Positions 21,206 through 33,449 of a DNA stretch of 36,041 nt are shown in pieces (position 1 is the stretch's first letter; each line of letters opens with the position of its first letter). A model generated the notes under the pieces. The model had not been told where the DNA came from. It was given only the letters and a program-made list of their open reading frames with translations, and did no database searches. Origin of the DNA: Basidiobolus ranarum (taxonomy: Eukaryota). The position numbers and the translations under genes were made by a program. The stretch lies in NCBI GenBank assembly GCA_040143965.1, contig JASJQH010006935.1, positions 1 through 36,041 of the forward strand, written 5' to 3'.

Positions 21206-24077
21206 TTAACCATAATGGATGTCGACGTCTCCCTCAGCAGGTGCGTCCAAGTCTACATAAGATTTCACTTGACGTGGGTCAACTGGCAAACGTTCATTTC
21301 TGTGGGGCAAAAGTTAGTACCATTCTTGCAGGGCATCATTCTATATTCACTTACGTAATAGGTCCTGGAGTTTTCTTGTTCCTGTCCACCGCTCCAAAGA
21401 GTGCACGCCCGGCTCCACGGCCTCTTGGTGTATCAAAGCCGATTCTGGGAATTTGATGCAATGGTGTTCCTACAGCAGCAGCTTGGGGAATAAATGGCAT
21501 ATTCATACCTGATGTAGACAAAAGATTCATTAGTAGCAGCTCAAGATTCCGTGATTAACTAATGGCCTTACCGAATCCTGGAGACATAAAGTTATTTGGT
21601 GGCTGCATGAAGGGGAAGAAGCCAGGCATACCAGGTGCCCCAGGGGGTCCTGGAGCACCAAGGTTACCGCCAGGTGCAGGAGTATTGCTAGGCAAGGTAA
21701 TGTGGAATGGGTCACGGACATAGTTATTGAAATAATCCACCTAGAGTTACAATATGTTAACGCGAATGATCCAGAATTGGACTAAGATATGGCATGCATT
21801 ACCTCATCAGATATCTCAGCAAAATTCTCTGGATGCTTATGAGCAATGTGCTTCTTCACGAACTCTTCACCTTTGAATAATTTGTTACATAAGCTACAGC
21901 GATATCTTCCTTCATCAACTTTGTTTACATTCTTTTGGGTGAATTTGTCAAGCTCGCTAGTGACAGATTATGCAATTAGTTACTAAACATACATAGTACA
22001 AATAGGCCACTACTTACCTATCTGGGTTTCTTCCACCAATTTTCTCTATTTCGGTTGGGGAATAATTAGTCAGGCGCATGTCGATTTTCTTATCCAAATT
22101 CTTGATCCATGTTTGGCCTACAAAGTCATGTTGAGTTACACATTTTCATCCTAGCTTATTGGAGAAATAGTTACCATTGTTGTTTGGCTTGCCGGTCGTA
22201 CTGTTAGTGATTGGCTCAGGGGTGGTCTTGCGAAGATGTCTTTCCACACACTTTCTAGTAAACTCTTCAAGACTGTCAGCCTCTATGCCGCAATAATAGC
22301 AGAATAGATGGACTTTGCGAAGGTATTCCATGTGCAAGTCTAAAGATTTCTTGATTTGGGTCTAGAACAAAAGATGAGAAACGGTCTGCTGTAAATAATA
22401 AATTCCAAAATAACTAACAATCTCACTATCGTCACTCTCATCCATTTGGCCTTCTTTCTTAGCCTCAATCACCGCCAGTCTGTCGCGTACAAGCTGGTTA
22501 CCTTCAAAGCCTTCATTGGCTTCTTTATCAAGCAAGTCAATCAACTTTCGTACCTTCTCTTCGTCGTGTCGAATTCTTTCGGGTAAATTGGCGATTTGAG
22601 GAGCAACACGAGGGCGGGTGGTAAGCTGGTGCTTGTGAAGAGCCAAATGAAACTGAAATTCGTCGATTTTAGATTTATTTAATGCATCAAACGCTTCTTG
22701 AATATTGCAGCCCTCCTTAAATACAATCCACCCAAGTCTATGGTATTTCTTCTGAGGATTGGGCTCTGAAAGTGAAAGGTACGAAAATCCTTCTACAGTT
22801 TCACACAGCTTAACTACCTGTTCGCGACTGATGCTAGGAGGCACACTTTTGATGAATAAAGTGTTGCTGTTTTCTTCTTCTTTGTTTACAACAGCAGTAT
22901 CAGCGGGCTTGTTCTCAGATGATTCTTCTGACTCTTGTTTCTCCTCAGGACCTTTAACAACGTCAGCAGCGCGATTGTCATCTACATTGATATCATCCAA
23001 TTTCCCTGAGTTGAGGTCATTTACGAATTGCTCGTACAACTTCTTCTTGAGTTCGATGATTTCCTTCTTTCTTTCTTGGCTCAGCTTAGGATGATATCTT
23101 TCACGGAACCAGTCGCTGTTTTTGTGTTGCTCAAAGAAACTATTGAGTTGACGAACGTTGAAGTTTTCTTTGTAAATTGCGTATCTTCTTTCAAGTTCAT
23201 CTTCATGATGACGAGCAGCAGGGTCTTGAGAATTTACCCAATCTGAGAAATGTTTGAAAGAGACTAGAGTATCAAGTTTGTTAGGATCTATAGAGTGTGG
23301 TCTGTAAAGCAAGGTTAGTAAGAGTTGGTCTCTCTTCGTTACAGGTACTATATTACATACTTATTTCCTGCGAAAGCATTGCCAGGTCCAGGAGGGTTTC
23401 CATTAAAATCATCTGAATAAAATGGGTCACCACCAGGGTTATCTAAATCGCCGTAGAAATCATCGTAATCTTGGTTTCTTCATAGACATCAAATTGTAAG
23501 CAGACTATAAATATAAGTTGATATAAAACAAACAAAATTTACCTAGAGCCTCTTCTTCCACGAGGGAAAGGAACTCCACCGCCTTCACCCATAGTAGGTG
23601 CAGGGCCCCCAAATCCATAATTCCCACCAGCTCCAAATGGTGCACCATTAGCCTCTGGATTGTTACCATAACGAGGAGCAGGAACATAACCATCTCTATT
23701 GTAGTTGGGTATATAGTGATCACCATCTCTTTCAGCCTCTGGTCTTCTCTCTCTTTCTCTGTCCCGTCTTGGAGAGGGAGAGCGACGATACCGGCGATCT
23801 TTATTGTAAAACCAAGAGTTAATATATGTATTGAATAATTACTCCAGGAGGATCAAGTAATAAAAACATGAAGGAAAATACCTCTGTTCATAGGACTTCT
23901 ACTTCTGCTTCTACTGAAGTCTTTTCTGTCACCCCTAGACCTTTCAAAACCCCTTTCTCGGCTACTACGTCGTTCGCGTCGGAATTTTTCTCGCGAACCA
24001 CGGTAAAAATTTTCTTCATCGGATAGGTAATCTCCGCGAGAACGAGAAACGGATCTTTCTTGACGATCACCCGACAT
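21206..24077 (-). CDS. ARS2: SERRATE/Ars2 RNA-processing factor (10 exons)
   Basis: RS-rich N-terminus, FFEQHKNSDWFRERYHP, RRM-like TLFIKSVPP and YLRKVHLFCYYCG. C2H2 finger CSLCNKLFKGEEFVKKHIAHKH; C-terminus DPRQVKSYVDLDAP. Confidence 0.93.
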
Positions 24078-25105
24078 TTTGTATTATCAACTACTTTGAC
24101 CAAAAAAAATAAATCTAAGTAAAGTGGTTAACAAGAGTGTAATAGAATCAGAAGAAAAGGAGGTATGGATAAAAATAGAACTATAGAAAAATTTCTATAC
24201 GTTTGATTAGAAATATGTCAGAATCACTCGAATGTGCTTATAGGCTGATCAAAAAGGGAAGTTTGTGAATAGAGTTGGAGATAATTAGGGATGGACATAG
24301 GTATTGTAGGAGTAATATATGATGTAAGTTGGAGTTGTAACGTGCAGAGATTCAAAATCGTTCACGTACGTAAAGATGAGGTGGATACGAGAAGAAAAGA
24401 TCAGAAGAGAAATAAACGGAATATCCAAGGATGTAATAAGAGTAAAAGTATATTAGAAACAAGAAAAATCTTAAGAACATGTAAGAAAAGAGAATAGCTT
24501 TAAAAGAGGAAGAAATGAAACCTACCGGTGGCAACAACACGAAAGCTCACCTTCAGCCAGTTCAAGTTACTTATTGTTCTTACCCCTTCTTGCCTTCTCC
24601 CCTTCAATGGAAATTTGAATCTCTCGATCTAATTTGTCCAAAAAATCACGTATCCAACCCAATACAAATCAATTCAGCCAATCTTGTTTACAATTAGTAA
24701 GTATTTGCGTATTTTTGACAACTTGGAGCATAAATGAAAATTATATATCCCACCCGTTCCACCTTTTTTTCAATACCGTGCCATTTCTGCAAGTTATCCG
24801 CCCATTTCCCGCCCATTTTCCGCATCTCCAAAGTTCCATGTCGATTTCCCCACCCTCCAATGACGTATTTGCAAGTCCTCTTACGCGGAGAGTTAGGTTT
24901 GTTGATTAAATTGCCTAGAATAAGCACACTTGTTAAAAGTTTGTTAACTGACCATATTAGCTTTTTGCCATTTAAGTTTAATTAGTCATCCTAATGGGTA
25001 CTGGCAAATCACTGACGAGCCCAACGATCAGAGCGTTTGAAGTTATGCCTGCATTTGAATAGCTTTATACATGTATGTGGTGAGCTCTGCTCTGAAATAT
25101 GCACC

Positions 25106-28100
25106 ATGACTTCAACATTGATTCGTGATTATGTGAGTTTCTATATTTGAGCCTTCAACATGCAACCATTCTATTAAAAGAGGAATCAGTCACTTCAACC
25201 ATCTGTCACCATAACATTAGTTTCTTACAACAAATATCATTTTATTAGCAATTAGGGGATCGCATTGGAAAGGGTGCCTTTGGTTCTGTATACCGGGGCT
25301 TAAACCTTCATAATGGAGAAGTAGTTGCGGTAAAGCAGATTAAATTAACAAACATACCTAACACAGAACTAGACGTCATTATGGTAAAACCAAAGTGGTT
25401 ATTTTCATTTGCACTCTCAGTAACTGACAGCATTTGACAACGCTATTCTAGATGGAAATCGATCTACTGAAGAAACTGAAGGTAAGCTCCTCAACAGCCA
25501 GTGGGTTCTAGTTTATTTAGTATCTCATCTTCTCGTTCTAGCACCAAAACATTGTGAAATATGGAGGATTTATTAAAACGGAAGACCATTTAAATATAAT
25601 ATTAGAGTATTCTAAATATCTTTTTGTGTTATCACCTTCAGTACACTCCACTGACACGTGCATGCGTTTATGCTTGAATTTTTAGATATTGTGAGAACGG
25701 CTCACTAAAGACCATCAGTAAACGCTTTGGAAAGTTTCCTGAGAATCTAGTCGCAATTTATGTTACTCAAGTGCTAGAAGGATTATTTTATCTTCATGAG
25801 CAGGGAGTGATACATAGAGATATCAAATGTGCGAATATTCTCTCTACGAAGGATGGAAAAATCAAGCTGGCAGATTTTGGAGTAGCAACAATAGCGCATC
25901 GAAAAGATAGCTCAGTGGTGGGTTCTCCTTATTGGAGTAGGTATTTTTATATTTTTCATGAGTGAAGGTACATTTCTTGCTCGTAACATTTGATGCTTAT
26001 TATTGCATCATGCATTGCGTAGCATAATGTCTCTGAACATTTTATTAATGTTAAACTTGTCCCTAATACAATTATACCCGTAGTGGCGCCCGAGGTGATA
26101 GAATTATCTGGTGCTACAACGGCCTCGGATATATGGTAAGCGGCACTTTGTCGAAACCAAGGCCTGTTGCATTGTGATTGATGTGATTATTTAGGAGTGT
26201 CGGGTGCACCGTAGTAGAGATGCTTGAAGGGGATCCTCCTTATTACAATCTATCCCCAATGCCTGCTTTATTTCGAATAGTTCAGGATGAACACCCGCCG
26301 CTTCCCGAAGGAGCATCATCGGTAAGCAATAATGACACACTTTATCGTAGTTCACCCACCGACCGTTGCATTTGTATAATTAGGGAGTTAAAGATTTCTT
26401 GATGCAATGCTTTCAGAAAGACCAAAACCTTAGGGTTTCCGCAAAGAAACTGCTAAAGCATCCCTGGGTTCAAGGTGTTCTCAAACGGGTACGACTAAGA
26501 TATTTGAAGGATGTGATGGTTGACAAGAAATACTTATCATTCACATAGAGCGTATTTAGTTCACAGATATCAAGCAAATTCGATGAAGATGTCCGAAGTG
26601 TCCAGCTCTGGAATGCAGCACTAAAAGGTAATCTCAATTGCTCACTTACTCAACGAGAGTGTCTAATGGATATTTGTTCAACATGAAGAAACATATTCCT
26701 CTCCGAGAGTCAACATGAACAGCTCAGAGCGAAGGAAGAAATTTGCCGCTACTTACAGATCGGCTGAAGGTAATCCACTCTGTTGCTCTATGCCATCACT
26801 CTGAAAACTTATACGTTTCTTTAGATGATTTGAATAATGATGTATTTGAAGGGAACCCCAATATATCTTTCAAACCGAATGCCGAGAGGTTGTTCAACTT
26901 GACGTTTTCTCCTTACCCATCACCTGCCCCAATTAAAGCAAAGCTGGCCTCGGCCACAATTGAGCCTGAAGAGAATGAGGACATATGGGATGACGACTTT
27001 ATTGTCTCCGACTCTGATCTGACCTTGTCCAGAATGAAGAATGGGGGGATTAATATCGACATCCATGAAGAGCATTATGTAAGGGTTGATAGAGTGGAGA
27101 CATACATCGAGGAATGTGACGATCATTCGCCGACACACGACGAAGACGAGATAATAGTGGGCAAACTTCAAACAATCAGGGTAAACTACTTTTAAACATT
27201 GTAGAGACGCTCTGGACCAATACTGACCCTTCACTTATCTCGAATATTGTAGCTTGACGACACCGAGAGCATTGGCTTAGTACCTCCTAAAGACATTCTA
27301 CAGCAAAGACTACAGGCAAATTTGCTTGATGTAGATGCCAGAAAGTCTAGAGGAATAAGCCAGTATATGGAGACAGAAGAGGATGACTATTCGGATCTAT
27401 TTGGCAAAGCGCATATTGGTGACGATATACATAGACTGCATGCTACAGTATTGGTCCAACTAACATTTCTTTGTGATAGATGTTGAAGCGAGCACATTCC
27501 AAACGCTGCAGCTCAATCCCGAGTATGGCTTTAAATCAATGGTATGTATCAGCAACAGACACCAGTTCTAGGGATGTCACATCTTACTTTTTCTTGGCAG
27601 CTGACCGACGAGTGTGAGAGCGATTCCGATGACCCATTTGCTAACATGGACGAGAACTTTGAAGAAATGGGTACGATTGAGCCTGTGCAAATTGTACCTC
27701 CTATTGGATACTAATGGTTTGTTTAGATCTGGAGGCGAACATGGTAAAAGACAAAAAAGCCCGTATCTGCAACGAGATCACGGAGCTCATCAGAGAATTG
27801 CAATCTGACAAATCCGAAGAAGAAATATCGGAGATATGTTCTCGAATGGTACTTGCTCTCAATTTCCACTATTGTACCCCGCTTTGTTGGGCTAATTTGT
27901 GCTATTGGTAGATTGGTATATTGATCGACCATCCCGAGATGAAGAGCAAGTTCATCTCGTACCATGGAATCATCCCGATCATGGAGATACTGCAGGCTTC
28001 GACCAAGGAGTCAATTGTTGGAAAGCTTCTTCAAATCATCAATCAAGTAAGCCCCCATTCTCAACATCACTTGCGCTGCATCCTAATGTTGGAGTTCTAC

Positions 28101-29662
28101 AGATAGTGTACAACAACCAGGAAATCCAGGAGTATCTTTGTCTCGTTGGGGGTATTCCGGTGGTCATGGACTTTGCTAGTCGAAAATACCACCGAAACAT
28201 TAGAATAGAAGCTGCATATTTCATCAAACAAATGTGTCATACAAGTACGTTGACATTACAGATGTTCATTTCCTGTCGAGGGTTAAAGGTGCTGGTCGAC
28301 TTCCTAGAAGAAGGGTATAATGTTGAGAAGGAGTTGGTTTGGATCGGAATCAATGGGATATCCAGCATTTTCGAGCTAAATGTAAGTTGAATATGTACGC
28401 ATAGGAGTCTTCTTCGCCATACTGACTTCTGATTATCATTATAAGGGACCAACACCGAAAAACGACTTCTGCCATCTATTTGCGAAGAGCGGCTTTCTGG
28501 AGCCTCTTGCGAATGTCTTGCATCATACTTCCAATGACGACGATCCATTGGCATTAAAGTATCTCACCAAAGTAGTCAACATATTTGTGATCTTCTCTCA
28601 AGCCGACAATAACATCAGAGAGTTGATGGCTACTCGACATGTTCTTAAAAGTAATCTAACGTCCAATTTTATTGTCTCTGCCTCTGCCTCTGCATTCAAG
28701 TTGTACTAACTGTCCACATTCAAGGGATCCTGAATGAATTGAGCAGCTTACCCCCCGACCTTTTCCTCAGAATGTTGAAGTGTGTCAAGAACATCTCTAT
28801 GAATTCCTCTACTCTCGAGACACTACAGAAGGTGAACGTCATCCCAATACTAACTACGTGCCTAGATCGAAGCGAATCCATCTATTCCACTGAGACTAGT
28901 AACCAAATACTCAATGTCATGTTCAATCTGTGTCATATCAACAAAAATAGACAAGAGATTGCTGCTGGTTCTGGCTTAATACCACATTTGCAGCGCTTTG
29001 TGGAGGAGAACAGCCCAATGAGACAATTTGCCCTTCCAATCCTCTGCCAAATGGCCCACGCAGGGCGTATATGCCGATATGCTCTACAAAGACACAATGG
29101 ACTCCAATTGTACATCTCCTTACTGTTGGATCCTTATTGGCAGGTAAACGCCATGGAGGCTATTCTCGTTTGGTGAGTATTGACTGTTCAAATGGAATCC
29201 TCCTTGCATTTCACGTGATTCACATTCATTGTTTTCTCAACCAGGGTCCAAGATGAACCTGCCGCCGTTGAGGCAGTATTGTTGCTTCCGGATAACATCC
29301 GAACTTTGACAAAAGCCTTCGTCTATGCCAAAAATAGTAGCTTTACCAATCTTTTGGAGCCCCTTCAAAAGCTGATGCGCCTTTCCAAGCCGGTCAACCG
29401 GGGTATTGCCAAGCCCAACTTCATGGGGAAATTGCTGGAGAAGCTTAGTCATCCAAAGGCTTCTGTTCGGTTGAATCTTCTCCGCATTTTGCGCTCAGTA
29501 TACGATTATAGTCTGAATCCCAAGGGATTGGTTAACGATTACAGCTTGCTTCCACTTGTTGATAAGCTAAGTAAAGAAGACCCGGCGGTTCTCGTTTGTG
29601 AAATTGCCAGAGAAATGCTTCTGCAATTTGAGGAGCAAATGATGGGCAAGATAGCCATTTAG
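25106..29662 (+). CDS. sepH: Septation/mitotic-exit kinase (Cdc15/Cdc7/SepH family) with C-terminal ARM-like region; ~20 exons
   Basis: Spliced [47 protein letters not shown] and VVGSPYWMAPE. C-terminal signatures [22 protein letters not shown] and [12 protein letters not shown]. Confidence 0.93.
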
Positions 29663-30249
29663 TAGAGTAACAATAATAGCGATAATTTAATTTCTTTAAC
29701 CATTCCTAATTAAGGTGAAACTTGTGAGCTTCATTAGATCAGCTCCCTTGGAGATTTATAATCAAGCTCATCTCCATCAATACTAATAATATGTCTATCG
29801 TTGTTACCGCTACTTTTAACTGTCTTCCTCACAATTATGCCACCTTTCAAGTGAATCAACCGTTGGTAGCTTTCTTATGGGTTTGTCACGGTGCTTGGTG
29901 TCTTCAACAATGGCTGTATGCACGAAATGACACTAGAACTAGAGAAGTCTGGAAAGGAATAGAGCAGTTGTTTGAAGAAATATCACCCTGTATATGTAGA
30001 GGCCCAAGACATGTTCAGAATAGTAAATCTTTGTACATAACCAAATGATATATCCAAGGAATGGAGGATCTTGCATGTACAACGTCTGTGATAAACGATA
30101 AAATCCATATTCATATATAATAGAAGTATCAGTGGCAGTGGCGGCAGCAGTAACAATATTCCAATGTACTTGTTTCGGGATAATTGAGGTCCTTTCATTG
30201 AAACATCGAGATATCGAAATGTTACTCCTCAACCTCTGATTTAAATTTA

Positions 30250-30288
30250 ATCCAACTATCTATGAATAATATATCCAACTATCTATGA
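30250..30288. repeat. 16-bp direct repeat ATCCAACTATCTATGA x2 in the beta-adaptin promoter
   Basis: Copies at 30250-30265 and 30273-30288, with a partial third copy (CAACTATGA) just after. Confidence 0.8.
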
Positions 30289-30411
30289 TTTCAACTATGA
30301 TTGAATTCGCGTTTTATGTCATTTCACTCAACAGTCTTTAATAATATAAAATCCACTTCTCGTCTCAATAAATCCAACTTGACAGTTACATCGTTTGGAT
30401 AAAATTCACTG

Positions 30412-33130
30412 ATGTCCGACGCAAAATACTTCCAAAGAGGTTAGTATTATTAGTCCTTGTTAATCTTTCAATAACATTTCTTCTCTCCATTAAACCTCCA
30501 ATAGATGTGTTTATGAGATGACGAGCATTTGATGAATATATTTTCTGTTTCAAGCTAAAATAGCTACTTGAAACCATGTCATTACCTCCTTTCCAAAGCC
30601 CATTCTGACTTTAATTTATGAATAGGAAAGATTCAGGAACTTCGAGCCGAGCTCAATTCGGAAAAGAAAGATGTAAAGTTTGCTCGAAAGAAAGTGGTCA
30701 TGAAGAAGATTGTAGCCAATATGACTATGGGAAATGATATGTCTTCTCTGTACCAGGATGTCTTGCCTTGCATGGAGATTCCTAGTCTTGAAGTTAAAAA
30801 AATGGTGTACTTATATTTGATCAATTATGCGAGAAGTAAGCCTGAGATGGCCGGTATGGCGGTGAATTATTTCTTAAAGGTACAAGCCTACTTTTGAAGT
30901 CTATCCATATCGACATGAATCTGACCAAAGAAATCATACTGTTGTAGGATATTACCGACTCGAACCCTTTAATCCGTGCATTATCTATTCGTACCATGAG
31001 TTATATCAATGTAGAGCAAGCGATCGACTCTTTATGTGATCCTTTACGTCGTTGTCTGCGTGATCAAGACCCGTATGTTCGTAAAACTGCAGCAATTTGT
31101 GTGGCTAAACTTTATATGCATGACAGTGAGCTTGTCGAAGAGGAAGGCTTTGTGAATATGCTCCGTGATATGCTGGCCGACTCTAACCCCACTGTATGTG
31201 ACTTTGAATCCAACTATACAGATGATGTGACATGCTAACCTGTGAATTTGAAAGGTTGTTGCCAACTCCGTCGCAGCTCTAATCGAGATCTCTGAGAGAT
31301 CCGATAATATCGGGATGAACCTGAATATGACCATAGCCACCAAATTAATTGCCGCTCTCAACGAATGCTCTGAGTATGTTCCAATGACACATTACACCTT
31401 AGGAATGCACATTCTGACCTTTTTGTTTTCATTGCAGGTGGGGGCAAAGCTACATTCTTGAAGCCCTGATGTATGTTGTTCCTCAAGAGCCCGGAGACAC
31501 CGAGCTACTAGCTGAGCGAATTGCCCCACGCCTTCAGCACGCCAACTCTAGTGTAGTTCTTACTGCAGTGAAAGTGATCATGTATTTGATGAACTACATG
31601 AGTAAGGAGGAAGATATTGCCAATTTGTGTAAAAAGCTCTCTCCTCCTCTGGGTAAGACGGTTCCTTGCACCTTGATCTAAGAAAGCCCCTAACAAAAGT
31701 ATTCCTCAGTGACCCTATTGTCTAGTGAGCCCGAGGTCCAATACGTAGCTCTCCGCAACATCTTACTAGTCATCCAGAAGCGTCCAGATGTTCTGAAGAA
31801 CGAAATGAAGGTGTTCTTCTGTAGATACGATGACCCTATATACGTCAAACTTGCCAAGTTAGAGATCATCTTCCGATTGGCTAATGTCACTAACGTCAAT
31901 CAAGTGCTCATGGAGCTCAAAGAGTTAGTAAACCGCCGATTCTTCTGATTGCGCAGGAATCGTACTAACGGTTGTATTGATAGATATGCTACCGAGGTGG
32001 ACGTTGATTTCGTTAGAAAGGCCGTCAGGTGTATCGGCCGACTTGCTATTAAAATTGAGTCTGCGGCTGAAAGATGTATTGAAACACTTCTCGATCTGAT
32101 CCAAACCAAAGTCAACTACGTTGTCCAGGAGGCCATAGTTGTCATCAAAGTATGGTATTTCTTTGAGCGAATGTTCAGCGAGCAATGATTACTAATAGTC
32201 CGTGGCATATAGGATATCTTCCGTAAATACCCCAATCAATACGAGAGTATCATTAACAAACTCTGCGAGAATCTGGATAGTTTGGATGAGCCTGAGGCCA
32301 AGGTAGCTATGATTTGGATCATTGGCCAATATGCAGAGAGAATCGAAAACTCTTACGAAGTTCTTGAGGGCTTCTTGGACACCTTTTTGGAGGAGACTAC
32401 TGAGGTAAGTTGAGGAGTGTCTAGATGGTGTGTTATTCTCAGACATTGACATAGATCACCAACCAGGTACAACTAGCGCTGCTTACTGCTACCATCAAGC
32501 TTTTCATTAAGCGACCAAGCGCTGGCCAAGAACTGGTTCCCAGAGTTCTTAAGTGGGCTACCGAAGAGGTGGATAATCCTGACCTCAGGGACCGCGGGTA
32601 TATCTACTGGAGACTATTATCCACCGACCCTGCAGCAGCCAAGGTATTTTCCATTTGATTTGGAGTTGATTTGTGCCATGACTAACCCTCGTATTCATCA
32701 TCATCAGGCCGTTCTGCTATCAGACAAACCTCAGATCTCAACCGAATCCGACAACATGGATCCTATTTTGCTAGATGAGCTATTATTGAATATCTCCAGC
32801 TTGGCTTCAATCTACCACAAGCCTCCTACCGCGTTCATAAAGGGAGTTAAGCCACGACAACTTCCTGCCTCCAAGCTACTCAACCACAGTCAAAAATCCT
32901 CATCTTTCTCTAGCATTTCTACGCCCCAACCTGCGCCAGTTGCCAACGATCCCTATAACATTAGCTTATACAACACGAGTGATAATCCATACACCACCAA
33001 CCCTGCACCGGTTCCACTACAAAACCCATACGCAAATACAGTCTCCATGGATAATCCATACACTAACAACGTCAATCCTATGCCCGTGAACTCTCAAAAT
33101 GTAGGTAATCTACTGGACCTAGATTTTTAA
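30412..33130 (+). CDS. APL1: Clathrin adaptor beta-adaptin, AP-2 beta (Apl1)-type (10 exons; first exon 30412-30439)
   Basis: [74 protein letters not shown] and [17 protein letters not shown]. Confidence 0.92.
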
Positions 33131-33160
33131 CTAAGCAAGCAATATTTACCATTACCTCGA

Positions 33161-33186
33161 TTCGAGTATTCGAGTATTCGAGTATT
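33161..33186. repeat. Tandem 8-mer (TTCGAGTA)x3 in the beta-adaptin 3' UTR
   Basis: TTCGAGTATTCGAGTATTCGAGTATT. Confidence 0.85.
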
Positions 33187-33449
33187 TTCTCAACACTATG
33201 TATGTTTGTCTTCATGCGATCGGTGGTCTTAATATACAATAAATTCATTCAACATCACCATCATTTAACATTACCTGTCATCACAATTGATTGGACTAAC
33301 TAGCCGAATGAATTTCATCATTATATTATTTATGTGTTATGCTCTAACAAAAATTATCCCAATCTATTTTTTTTCTTGAATGTAAATAACCAGCTTGATT
33401 TAGCATTTGTACCTAGCTGTAATTCCTCTTTGTTTATCTTTTCTAGAGA

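Noticed and set aside
25937-26083. 147-nt kinase intron with small hairpins and a CTGA as a possible snoRNA
   Set aside because: No good C box and no convincing rRNA complementarity; stems are only 6 bp in AT-rich DNA.
30046-30048. In-frame TGA as selenocysteine
   Set aside because: No redox motif around the codon, no recognisable selenoprotein family and no SECIS identified.
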